A stretch of DNA of 49,682 nucleotides from an uncultured Bacilli bacterium (GTDB lineage: Bacteria > Bacillota_I > Bacilli_A > RF39 > UBA660): contig CANQIU010000001.1 of the NCBI GenBank assembly GCA_947624145.1, positions 1 to 49,682 of the forward strand, given 5' to 3'. Position 1 is the stretch's first letter, and each line of letters opens with the position of its first letter. Under the pieces are notes generated by a model. It was given only the letters and a program-made list of their open reading frames with translations. It did not search any database and had not been told where the DNA came from. The position numbers were made by a program, and so were the translations under genes. Below are positions 26,183 through 35,004 of this stretch, piece by piece.

Positions 26183-27418
26183 TTATATTAAATCTTGATT
26201 ATTATATATAAAATCAACAATATTAACATTCTTAATGCCTTTAACATTACTTTGAAAAATTAAATCTAATACAAATAAATAACGAGGATATAATTCTTTT
26301 ATTTCATAAAAAGGTTTATATTCTCTTTCTTCTGTTTTATTATCATCTATATTTTTAGAAACTTGAATATAGAAATATTCATCCATATTCTTTCGGGCAA
26401 TAAAATCACATTCTAAAGAGCCTATTATTCCTACACTTAAACTATAATCTTTACTTTTTAAATAATTATATAAAATATTTTCTAATACTGGTCCATAATT
26501 AATTCTATTATCGGTATTTAAAGCATAATAAATACTTAAATCAGCTAAATAATATTTTTTCTTTTTATCCAATACCCTTTTAGATTTTATATCAAAGATA
26601 TCACATGAATAAATTATTTTAGCATTTTCTAATATTTCAATATAATTTTTTATAGTTCTTCTATCAACATTTATTTTTTCATTTTTATTTAAATAATTAT
26701 ATATACTACCAACAGATATTTTTGCCCCAAAATTATTAATAATAAATTTTTGAATTACTTCAAATAAGTCTTTATTTTTAATCTTTTTATGATTTTTAAT
26801 ATCTTTTTCCATAATTTGCGTAATAACATTTCTCGTATAAGTTAATTTATCTAAGTAATTATCATAATTTAAAGAACCGGGAAAACCACCACTTTGAATA
26901 TATTCTTCAAATTCTTTATAAATATTTTCATTAATAGTTTTATTTAAATACTTTTTCATATCCACATATTCATAAAAATTAAGAGGTAATAATTCTATTT
27001 CAATATATCTTCCTGTAAGTTTAGTTACCAGTTCTCCAGAAAGCAAATAAGAATTAGAACCAGTTAAAAAAATTGAATAATTACCTTCTTCTCTATAAGC
27101 ATTTATTAAAGATTCAAATCCTTTAACATTTTGAACTTCATCAATAAATAAATATTTAAAATTATTATCTTTAATATAACTATCAATAACTTTTTCTAAT
27201 TGTTTAGGTTTCTTTATATATTGATATTCCTTTTTATCTAATTCAATATATATAATATCATTATCATTTACTCCCTTATTTTTTAATTCTTCTATAATAC
27301 TTTTAAGATAATAAGACTTGCCACTTCTTCTAATTCCCGTGATAACTTTAATCATTGTATCATTATAAAAACCTCTTATCTTATTAAGATAAAACTCTCT
27401 TTTATAAATTTTTTCCAT
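26183..27418 (-). CDS. AAA-family ATPase with C-terminal DUF4143-type domain
   Basis: N-terminal GIRRSGKS Walker A and FIDEVQ Walker B, typical of the AAA_14/DUF4143 family of about 400 aa. The C-terminus has a restriction-endonuclease-like tail pattern. ATG 27418 (MEKIYK) lies 5 nt after AGGTGA and is preferred. The track start GTG 27427 lies inside the RBS. Confidence 0.85.
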   Translation of the reverse strand: MEKIYKREFYLNKIRGFYNDTMIKVITGIRRSGKSYYLKSIIEELKNKGVNDNDIIYIELDKKEYQYIKKPKQLEKVIDSYIKDNNFKYLFIDEVQNVKGFESLINAYREEGNYSIFLTGSNSYLLSGELVTKLTGRYIEIELLPLNFYEYVDMKKYLNKTINENIYKEFEEYIQSGGFPGSLNYDNYLDKLTYTRNVITQIMEKDIKNHKKIKNKDLFEVIQKFIINNFGAKISVGSIYNYLNKNEKINVDRRTIKNYIEILENAKIIYSCDIFDIKSKRVLDKKKKYYLADLSIYYALNTDNRINYGPVLENILYNYLKSKDYSLSVGIIGSLECDFIARKNMDEYFYIQVSKNIDDNKTEEREYKPFYEIKELYPRYLFVLDLIFQSNVKGIKNVNIVDFIYNNQDLI

Positions 27419-27463
27419 CATAATCACCTACAATAATTATATAACTTATTAGTTAAAAATACA

Positions 27464-27512
27464 AGTTATCGACCAATTTCAGCATACAAAGCATCAAAAT
27501 TGGTCGATAACT
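27464..27512 (-). repeat. perfect 16-bp inverted repeat with 17-nt loop; probable terminator or protein-binding palindrome
   Basis: AGTTATCGACCAATTT (27464-27479) and AAATTGGTCGATAACT (27497-27512). Lies 58 nt downstream of the XRE gene stop and 36-46 nt upstream of the ATPase start. On the minus strand it is followed by TGTATTTTTA. Confidence 0.6.
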
Positions 27513-27570
27513 GTCATAAAAACGATAAAAAACATTAAATTTTGAAAAGAAACTAATCAATCAATTATAT

Positions 27571-28638
27571 TTAATCTATGTGGTTAGTAAAGAATTTATG
27601 TCTATTTTCTTTATTAGCCATATTTTTATCATAGTTTTCTTGTGAAATATAGATAACTTCTCGATAAGAGGTATTATTAGAAATATATATTTCTTTTTTC
27701 TTAATATTTTCTAAATAAATATTAATTAATTCTTTAATAGTATAAGCTTTAATATTACTATTTAAATAGGTGGTTACAACTCCATAAATATAATCTTTTG
27801 TAAAACCATTTGTAACATCATAAGTAAATAAAGAATTACCATAATATTCTATTTTGATATCATCCCGCTCTTCAAAAACAATTTCACTATTATCTAAATC
27901 AAATAAAATTTCATCATCATACATCTTTAAATTTTGGGTCGCAACTAAGTCGTTAAATTCAACTGTTTTTATTTTATATGTCGTTATTTCGCAAAAAAAG
28001 CAACCTAGAGAAAGACCCAGAATAACACAGGATGCGATAAATAAAATAAATATTCTTTTCGTTTTTAATTTTAAATCTAAGATATGTTTAATAAATATTT
28101 CTAATATTAAATAAATAATAATAGTTAATGCTATTAAAGATAAGGCTGTATAAACTAAAATAAGACCATAATGAAGAAAATAAATATTAAATAATAAACA
28201 AGCTAAACATAAAATTAATAATATGGCTGTTGGAAAAATTAAAAATAGAATAATTACTTTAGATAATATCAACATAATTTTTTTAATATAATTAAAGACA
28301 TGAATACGACTTATTCCTACTTGATTATCATCTACCGTAAAGTTGGAAACATTAGTATTTTTCTTCTTTTTATTTAATTGTTTTATTTTAGAAAAGAAAT
28401 TCTTAGGATTATTTTTAGTTTCTCTAGTCATATTATCTTTTTCTTTTATCCCAATTAATTCATCCATACTGCAATCAAATAATTTACATATAGCAATAAT
28501 CTTTTCTGTTTCTGGATAAGCACTATTAGATTCCCATTTAGATACAGCTTGTCTTGAAACATTTAGTTTTTGAGCAAGTTCTTCTTGGTTCATTCCTTTT
28601 TCTTTTCGTAAACTTGCTAATTTTTCACCAAAACTCAT
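27571..28638 (-). CDS. membrane-tethered XRE-family helix-turn-helix transcriptional regulator
   Basis: N-terminal HTH_3 (FGEKLASLRKEKGMNQEELAQKLNVSRQAVSKWESNSAYPETEKIIAICKLFDCSMDELIG). A basic linker, 3-4 TM segments (about residues 115-225), and a ~130-aa C-terminal domain. ATG 28638 after GAGGTGA is preferred over GTG 28647. Confidence 0.85.
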   Translation of the reverse strand: MSFGEKLASLRKEKGMNQEELAQKLNVSRQAVSKWESNSAYPETEKIIAICKLFDCSMDELIGIKEKDNMTRETKNNPKNFFSKIKQLNKKKKNTNVSNFTVDDNQVGISRIHVFNYIKKIMLILSKVIILFLIFPTAILLILCLACLLFNIYFLHYGLILVYTALSLIALTIIIYLILEIFIKHILDLKLKTKRIFILFIASCVILGLSLGCFFCEITTYKIKTVEFNDLVATQNLKMYDDEILFDLDNSEIVFEERDDIKIEYYGNSLFTYDVTNGFTKDYIYGVVTTYLNSNIKAYTIKELINIYLENIKKKEIYISNNTSYREVIYISQENYDKNMANKENRHKFFTNHID

Positions 28639-28738
28639 AACTTTCACCTCACAGTTTAATTTTAATATATAATCTTGGTATCATCCACCAATTTCTAGTT
28701 GTTTTATGTAAAATGTCGGTTGCATTTCATTTATTAAA

Positions 28739-28770
28739 ATAAAAAAGAACAGCTTTTTTATTCTGTTCTT
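28739..28770 (-). terminator. rho-independent terminator after the ABC gene
   Basis: AAGAACAG-10 nt-CTGTTCTT with a T-run on the minus strand. The stop codon sits in the loop. Confidence 0.65.
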
Positions 28771-31298
28771 AAAGCAATAACTGGGTCTTTTTTACTAGCT
28801 ATTTTAGCTGGTAAGAGTCCGGCAATAGAAGTTAAAACAACACTAATAATAATTAAAATTATAGCTCCTTGCCAAGGTAAAACCGCGGCATTCGAGATAT
28901 TAGCTAAATGTTTAATTATCATATTGATTGGGATAGTTAAGATTAAAGTAACTAAGATACCAAGAATTCCTGATGCTAAACCTTCAATAACCGTTTCCGC
29001 TTTAAAGACTCTAGATATATCTTTTTTACTTGCCCCAATTGCTCTTAAAATACCAATTTCTTTAGTTCTTTCTAGAACACTGATATAAGTAATAATACCA
29101 ATCATGATTGATGATACGACTAAAGATATTGCTACAAAAGCCATTAAAACATAGGAAATAACATTAACAATTATGGAAACGCTACTCATCATAACGCCCA
29201 CAATATCCGTATAATTTATTTTATTTTCTTCACTCTTATCCTTATTATATTCATCAATTATTTCGACAATCTTTTCTTTAGCCTCAAAATCTTTAGGATA
29301 AATAGAAATTGTATCCGGATTAGTTAAATCAGCAATACCTAGTTTTTTTAAATTTTCTTCATAACTTGAAGTCATATTAGCATAGCTTTGCATATAACTT
29401 TCAATATCTTTTTGACTCATATTTTGAAAAATCTTGATTTGTTCATCCGTTAGTTTACTTGGATCAATAGTTGAACTAGAAAATTTAACTCCCGTGAATA
29501 CATTTATTTCGGGATTTTTTAATTGATCTTTAACAATTTGTTCATCATTAATACGGTTAATTAAATGTTCCATTAAAGCATGGGTATAACCAACCATCCC
29601 GGCAAAAGAAGATGTACCGACGGCTTCATCATTTGGTTTGATAATGCCAACTACTTTGATTTCTTCGGCATCCTTTAAAACATTTTTCATATATTCTTGG
29701 TCTTTTGATTTATCTAAATATATTCCATTTACCTTTTGATAATAATCCGTATTTAAAACTAGTTTAAAACTTAAATTAAGTAAATCTTCCGGCTTATAAG
29801 TTTTATTTTCAAAACTTACTTCTTTACCTGTGGTCATATTAACAAATTGTTCTTTTAACTCATCTTGATCTAATAAACCTAAACTATATAAAGTATAATC
29901 TAATATTTGATTATTCTTATCTACTTGAATAACTACTTCATTATAATTACTAGGCCATTTACCATCAACTAAATCATATTGTTGTTTAAGTAAATCGATA
30001 TTATCAATCATTTCATAGAACACATCATAATTTGCCATATAACTATTATAAATACTAGATACGCCATTTAAAGACATTCCTAAAGCATCCATGATAGTGG
30101 TAGGATTTACTCTAACGATTTTATTTAAATCATTTTTATATAAATTTAAAGTTACATCATAAGAATATTTTATATCAGAAACATAATCTTTGATATCTGT
30201 TTTATCACTATCTAAATATTCTTTAAAACTTTTTAAATCATTATGTTCCACTTCTTTACTCATCGTGGTAAACATATCGCCTAAGATATTAACCGAATGA
30301 ATTAAATTATCATTATATTCGACTTCTTCACTGGGCATTAAGTTTTCCATTAAACCTGACATATCTACAGATTCTTTAACAATTTGCAAAGGATAACCTG
30401 CTAAAGTTTCTTTTTCCGTTTTCGTAATAAATCTTTGAACCCCATGTGATAAAGCTAAGATTAAAGAAATACCAATTATACCAATAGAACCAGCAAAAGC
30501 GGTAAGGAAAGTTCGCCCCTTTTTAGTCATTAAATTATTTAAAGATAAGGATAAAGCAGTTTTAAAATTCATGGATGTTTTTTTAGAACTAGAACTTTGA
30601 ACTTCTTCTTTTTTAGAACTATTATATGGATTACTATCGCTGATAATTTCACCATCTTTTAAGTTAATAATTCGGGATGAATAGCCTTGAGCAATTTCGG
30701 AATTATGCGTAACCATAATAATAAGTTTATTCTTAGAAATACTTTTTAAGATATCCATAACTTGGGTGCTAGTCTTAGAATCTAAGGCTCCAGTTGGTTC
30801 ATCCGCTAAGATAATGTCAGGGTCATTGACTAAGGCTCTAGCAATAGCCACTCTTTGCATTTGGCCCCCACTCATTTGATTAGGTTTTTTATTCATTTGG
30901 TCTAATAAACCAACTTTTTTTAAAACTTCTTTAACTCTTTTTCTTCTTTCTTTTTTAGATACGCCCGATAAAGTTAAAGCTAGTTCAACATTAGCAAAAA
31001 CACTTTGATGAGGAATTAAATTATAGCTTTGAAAAACAAAACCAACCTTATGATTACGATAAGTATCCCAATCTCGGTCTTTATATTCTTTCGTACTTTT
31101 GCCACTTATAATTAAATCCCCAGATGTATACTTATCTAAACCCCCAATAATATTAAGTAATGTTGTTTTACCACAGCCAGAAGGACCTAAAATAGAAACA
31201 AATTCATTTTTACGAAATTCTAAATCAATTCCTTTTAAAGCTTTAACTTTTGTATTACCTAAAACATAGTCTTTTTTGATATTTTTTAGTTTTAACAT
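28758..31298 (-). CDS. fused ABC transporter ATP-binding protein/permease (MacB/FtsX type)
   Basis: N-terminal ATPase with GPSGCGKTT Walker A, LSGGQMQRVAIARAL signature and ILADEPTGALD Walker B. TM1, a ~400-aa extracytoplasmic domain, and a C-terminal FtsX-like 3-TM bundle. Confidence 0.9.
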   Translation of the reverse strand: MLKLKNIKKDYVLGNTKVKALKGIDLEFRKNEFVSILGPSGCGKTTLLNIIGGLDKYTSGDLIISGKSTKEYKDRDWDTYRNHKVGFVFQSYNLIPHQSVFANVELALTLSGVSKKERRKRVKEVLKKVGLLDQMNKKPNQMSGGQMQRVAIARALVNDPDIILADEPTGALDSKTSTQVMDILKSISKNKLIIMVTHNSEIAQGYSSRIINLKDGEIISDSNPYNSSKKEEVQSSSSKKTSMNFKTALSLSLNNLMTKKGRTFLTAFAGSIGIIGISLILALSHGVQRFITKTEKETLAGYPLQIVKESVDMSGLMENLMPSEEVEYNDNLIHSVNILGDMFTTMSKEVEHNDLKSFKEYLDSDKTDIKDYVSDIKYSYDVTLNLYKNDLNKIVRVNPTTIMDALGMSLNGVSSIYNSYMANYDVFYEMIDNIDLLKQQYDLVDGKWPSNYNEVVIQVDKNNQILDYTLYSLGLLDQDELKEQFVNMTTGKEVSFENKTYKPEDLLNLSFKLVLNTDYYQKVNGIYLDKSKDQEYMKNVLKDAEEIKVVGIIKPNDEAVGTSSFAGMVGYTHALMEHLINRINDEQIVKDQLKNPEINVFTGVKFSSSTIDPSKLTDEQIKIFQNMSQKDIESYMQSYANMTSSYEENLKKLGIADLTNPDTISIYPKDFEAKEKIVEIIDEYNKDKSEENKINYTDIVGVMMSSVSIIVNVISYVLMAFVAISLVVSSIMIGIITYISVLERTKEIGILRAIGASKKDISRVFKAETVIEGLASGILGILVTLILTIPINMIIKHLANISNAAVLPWQGAIILIIISVVLTSIAGLLPAKIASKKDPVIALRTE

Positions 31299-31375
31299 AA
31301 TTATCTATTCCTTTCTTGTATTAAATATTATACCTTATCTAAAAATTATTTGGTGAAAATTAGATGAAATATTAA

Positions 31376-32215
31376 CTAATCTTTAATAACATCAAAATCT
31401 AAATACTTTATTTTTAATTTTCGTTCTTTGTGAATATCATTTTTTATTTTATTTTCTAATTTTAATAATTCTCTAACCGTTATTTCATCACTTACCGCGA
31501 TAACTAAATTAGCTTGATAAAAATTGCCATTACGAATTAAAAAAGAATCACTATATTGGACATTTTTATACTTATTAACAATCTTTTTTAAATTAGATTT
31601 TATTTCTTGATTATTATCATCTTCCCCAATTAAAAGAATAATATTTTGAATAATTATTTTAATAGCCGAGATAATAATTAAAATAGCTATAAATAAACTG
31701 CCAATAATATCTAAAACAGGAAGGAATCTACCCACTAGAACAATTATAAAAATAACTCCGGATGATAAAACATCAAGATAAGATTCTTTAGCACTATTAA
31801 TAAGCATTAAAGAAGATATTTTCTTTCCCATTTGCATTAAATAATTAGCACTTAATGTTTTTAATAATATAACTAAGAGGATAATAAAAAGGATATTTAA
31901 ATTACTTTTCGTTGGCTTTATTAAAAAACTTTTATAAGCAATATAAATACCAACACTAAGAATAACTATGCCAATAAATATTTGCATAATATATTCAAAT
32001 CGGCCATAGCCAAAAGGATGTTTCTTATTAGCTCTTTTACCACCCACTTTAGCCCCAATCATCGCTAAAATATCGGTTGAAAAATCACTTATAGTATAAA
32101 GGCCATCGGCAATTAAAGCATAGGAATTAAAAAATGTTCCGCCTATAAGCTTTAATGAGGCCACTAAAACATTAAAAAATGCACTAACCATCATAGTCTT
32201 TTGTTCTTTTTTCAA
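31376..32215 (-). CDS. cation diffusion facilitator (CDF) family metal efflux transporter
   Basis: 279 aa. Six TM segments with the ADGLYTISD motif in TM2 and a C-terminal cytoplasmic domain. This is the CDF pattern. Confidence 0.8.
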   Translation of the reverse strand: MKKEQKTMMVSAFFNVLVASLKLIGGTFFNSYALIADGLYTISDFSTDILAMIGAKVGGKRANKKHPFGYGRFEYIMQIFIGIVILSVGIYIAYKSFLIKPTKSNLNILFIILLVILLKTLSANYLMQMGKKISSLMLINSAKESYLDVLSSGVIFIIVLVGRFLPVLDIIGSLFIAILIIISAIKIIIQNIILLIGEDDNNQEIKSNLKKIVNKYKNVQYSDSFLIRNGNFYQANLVIAVSDEITVRELLKLENKIKNDIHKERKLKIKYLDFDVIKD

Positions 32216-32232
32216 AATATCCTCAACCTCTT

Positions 32233-33420
32233 TTATAAAATATCATCATATTTTTGTTCTTCTAAATTAACTTTAATAACTTCATGTTTATTAATAGCCC
32301 GATAGACTAAATTATTAACGTCAATAAGCTTTTCATATTCTAAGCATTTAGAAATACTTGGATTAATCACTGGATGCTTTGGGACAAATATGGTACAACA
32401 ATCTTCATAAGGCAAGATACTTATTTGATATGTGCCAATTTTATGCGCTATATCCATAATTTCTGTTTTATCAAAACAAGCTAAAGGCCTTATAACTGGA
32501 AGTCTAATCGCTTCATTAATACATTTCATACTAGTTAATGTTTGGCTAGCTACTTGGCCAATCGATTCACCATTAATTATTACCTCAGCATGAATGCGAC
32601 TGGCAACTATACTAGAAATTCGATACATCATCCTCCGCATTATCGTAATTAAATATTCATGCGGAATATTTTTTAAAATAGTTTCTTGAATTTCGGTAAA
32701 ATTAATTATATGGAGTTTAACTTCACCATTATATTTGGCTAACTTACGGGCTAACTTTATAACTTTTTCTTTAGCAGCTTCACTCGTATGCGGTGGGCTT
32801 TCAAAATAAAGAGCCTCTAATTTTACGCCTCTTTTAATACTCATAAAACCTGCCACGGGTGAATCAATTCCGCCACTTAGCATAAGAAGACCTTTACCCA
32901 AAGTTCCCACCGGATATCCACCTAAAGCTTTATAACCATCAAAATAAAAAAGTACTTCATTATAACGAATTTCTATAACAATATCAAGCTCTGGTTTATG
33001 AATATCTACTTTTATATTTGGAATATTATTTAAAATATAAGAAGCCACCATTTTATTTACTTCCATACTATTTATTTCATAAGTTTTATCACTTCTTTTG
33101 GTAGATACTTTAAAGGTTTGAAAACTTTTTTTACTTATTAAGTTTAAAACTTCTTCTTTTATATTTTCAATATCTCTATTATCGGTAATATATCCTAAAA
33201 TTATTTCGTATATTCCAAAGACTTTTTGAAGTCTATTAGTTATTTCATCTAAGTATTCTTCTTTAGCATCAATTAACATTCGGCCAAAATCATAATAAGT
33301 TTCATGAGGAATATTACTTAAATTATTTTCAATATTATTTTTTAAAGTTTTTATAAAGAAGTTTTTATTTTTCTTTTTAAGAGTTAATTCCCCATATTTT
33401 ATAATGATAATTTTTCTCAT
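32233..33420 (-). CDS. thiI: tRNA 4-thiouridine(8) synthase ThiI
   Basis: IKYGELTLKKKNK N-terminus, THUMP region, PP-loop SGGIDSPVA. Overlaps the upstream cysteine desulfurase by 4 nt, as in the B. subtilis nifZ-thiI pair. Confidence 0.92.
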   Translation of the reverse strand: MRKIIIIKYGELTLKKKNKNFFIKTLKNNIENNLSNIPHETYYDFGRMLIDAKEEYLDEITNRLQKVFGIYEIILGYITDNRDIENIKEEVLNLISKKSFQTFKVSTKRSDKTYEINSMEVNKMVASYILNNIPNIKVDIHKPELDIVIEIRYNEVLFYFDGYKALGGYPVGTLGKGLLMLSGGIDSPVAGFMSIKRGVKLEALYFESPPHTSEAAKEKVIKLARKLAKYNGEVKLHIINFTEIQETILKNIPHEYLITIMRRMMYRISSIVASRIHAEVIINGESIGQVASQTLTSMKCINEAIRLPVIRPLACFDKTEIMDIAHKIGTYQISILPYEDCCTIFVPKHPVINPSISKCLEYEKLIDVNNLVYRAINKHEVIKVNLEEQKYDDIL

Positions 33421-34553
33421 TTTTCCCCCTTTAATTCACTTAAAGAATTATATACTTCGTTAAATATTGTTAAGAATTTATTTACTTCATCAGTGGTTGT
33501 CACGGAAGATAGACTAATTCTTATCGTATGCTTAGCTCTTGGAATATCATTATAAACGGCAATAACACTATTAGAAACTTCTCCTGATGAACAAGCCGTA
33601 TTAGTACTAACATAGACTTCTTTTTTTTCTAAAGCATGTAAAAACGTTTCGGGTTGAATCTTCATTAGACTAATATTTAAGATTTGAGGAATAGAATATT
33701 TAGTTTTATTGATTAAAATATTAGGATATTTACTAACCGTATTAACAATTTTATCATTTAATAAAGTAATAAATCTTTCTTTTTTTTCTAATTCTTCAGT
33801 TGCTAAACGACAAGCTTTCGATAAAGAGGCAATTAAAGGTAAAGGTGGTGTGCCGGGATTAAGTTCGTTAGTTTTCCCACTGCCATAAATTAAAGGATTA
33901 ATTTTAATCATCGAGCTTTTATATAAAAAACCAATGCCTTTAGGGCCAAATATTTTATGAGCAGACATACTAGCTAAATCTACATCATGAAAATTAACCG
34001 GAATTTTGCCAATAGCTTGGGTCATATCGGAATGAATAATCGTCCCCATATTTTCTTTTTTAATAATTTGGCGAATCATTTTTAATGGTTGTCTAATGCC
34101 TAATTCGGAATTAACTGCGCAAATACTAACCAGTATCGTATCATTTCTTACCAGCTTTTTTAAATCATCAAAATCAATTAAACCTTCATTATCATTTTTT
34201 ACATAACTTATTTCAAAACCAATACTTTTTAAATAGTCACAAATAACATAGATCGATGGATGCTCTAACTTTGATACAATAATATGTTTTCCTTTTTTAT
34301 GATTAGCTAAAGCTGTACCAATTAAAGCCATGTTATTAGCTTCAGTGGCCCCACTGGTATAAATTATTTCACTAGCATTTACCCCAAATATATCAGCAAT
34401 TTGTTTGGTCGCACTTTCTAGTAAATTAGCTGATTTTAACCCTAAACTATGCAAAGAATTAGCATTACCAATAAATTCTTTAGATACTTTATTGTAGGTG
34501 TCTAAAACATCATAAGAAATTGGGGTTGTTGCACTATAATCTAAGTAAATCAT
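33417..34553 (-). CDS. nifZ: cysteine desulfurase (class V aminotransferase, NifS/IscS-like, ThiI partner)
   Basis: PLP-Lys motif SAHKIFGPKGIG and active-site Cys loop (NTACSSGE). Translationally coupled to thiI. The symbol is by analogy with B. subtilis. Confidence 0.88.
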   Translation of the reverse strand: MIYLDYSATTPISYDVLDTYNKVSKEFIGNANSLHSLGLKSANLLESATKQIADIFGVNASEIIYTSGATEANNMALIGTALANHKKGKHIIVSKLEHPSIYVICDYLKSIGFEISYVKNDNEGLIDFDDLKKLVRNDTILVSICAVNSELGIRQPLKMIRQIIKKENMGTIIHSDMTQAIGKIPVNFHDVDLASMSAHKIFGPKGIGFLYKSSMIKINPLIYGSGKTNELNPGTPPLPLIASLSKACRLATEELEKKERFITLLNDKIVNTVSKYPNILINKTKYSIPQILNISLMKIQPETFLHALEKKEVYVSTNTACSSGEVSNSVIAVYNDIPRAKHTIRISLSSVTTTDEVNKFLTIFNEVYNSLSELKGEK

Positions 34554-34927
34554 TTTAAACCTTCTCTACTAATAGAGTCCCGGGCTATTTTAACATAATT
34601 TTTGCAATCTGTATCATTTGGATGAAGTAGGCAAGCCTCACATTCTTCAGCTTTTTCTAAATAAGGAACTGCTATTTCAACTAAAGAAAAAACAAAAGAA
34701 ACGATGGTTGTTACAAAAAAGATAGCAATCCCCATGATTAGCCTTTTAACTAAGGAACCAATAGCTAGTTGTAAAGCCTTATCATCACTTGAAGTAACTG
34801 CTTTAGCTAATTCAATAATTCCTAAAACAATAATTACAATTGGCAAAACTATTTTAATAATAAGGATAAACTTCCCAATATATTGAAATATTGGCGCCGT
34901 ATCTTGACAAAAACTTAAATTATTCAT
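34550..34927 (-). CDS. small membrane protein with Cys-rich C-terminal tail (about 125 aa)
   Basis: Two hydrophobic helices and the tail EECEACLLHPNDTDCKNY. Its stop overlaps the nifZ start by 4 nt. ATG 34927 follows GGGTGA. Extended -10 TGCTATAAT at 34952-34960. Confidence 0.65.
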   Translation of the reverse strand: MNNLSFCQDTAPIFQYIGKFILIIKIVLPIVIIVLGIIELAKAVTSSDDKALQLAIGSLVKRLIMGIAIFFVTTIVSFVFSLVEIAVPYLEKAEECEACLLHPNDTDCKNYVKIARDSISREGLK

Positions 34928-34969
34928 ATTTATCACCCACATCTATTTATAATTATAGCATAAGAATTT

Positions 34970-35004
34970 TAAAAAAAGTATAAATAGCTTTAACTATTTA
35001 TACT
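34970..35004 (-). terminator. rho-independent terminator of ezrA
   Basis: AGTATAAATAG-ctttaa-CTATTTATACT: a perfect 11-bp stem with a T-run on the minus strand. The ezrA stop codon lies within the stem. Confidence 0.7.
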
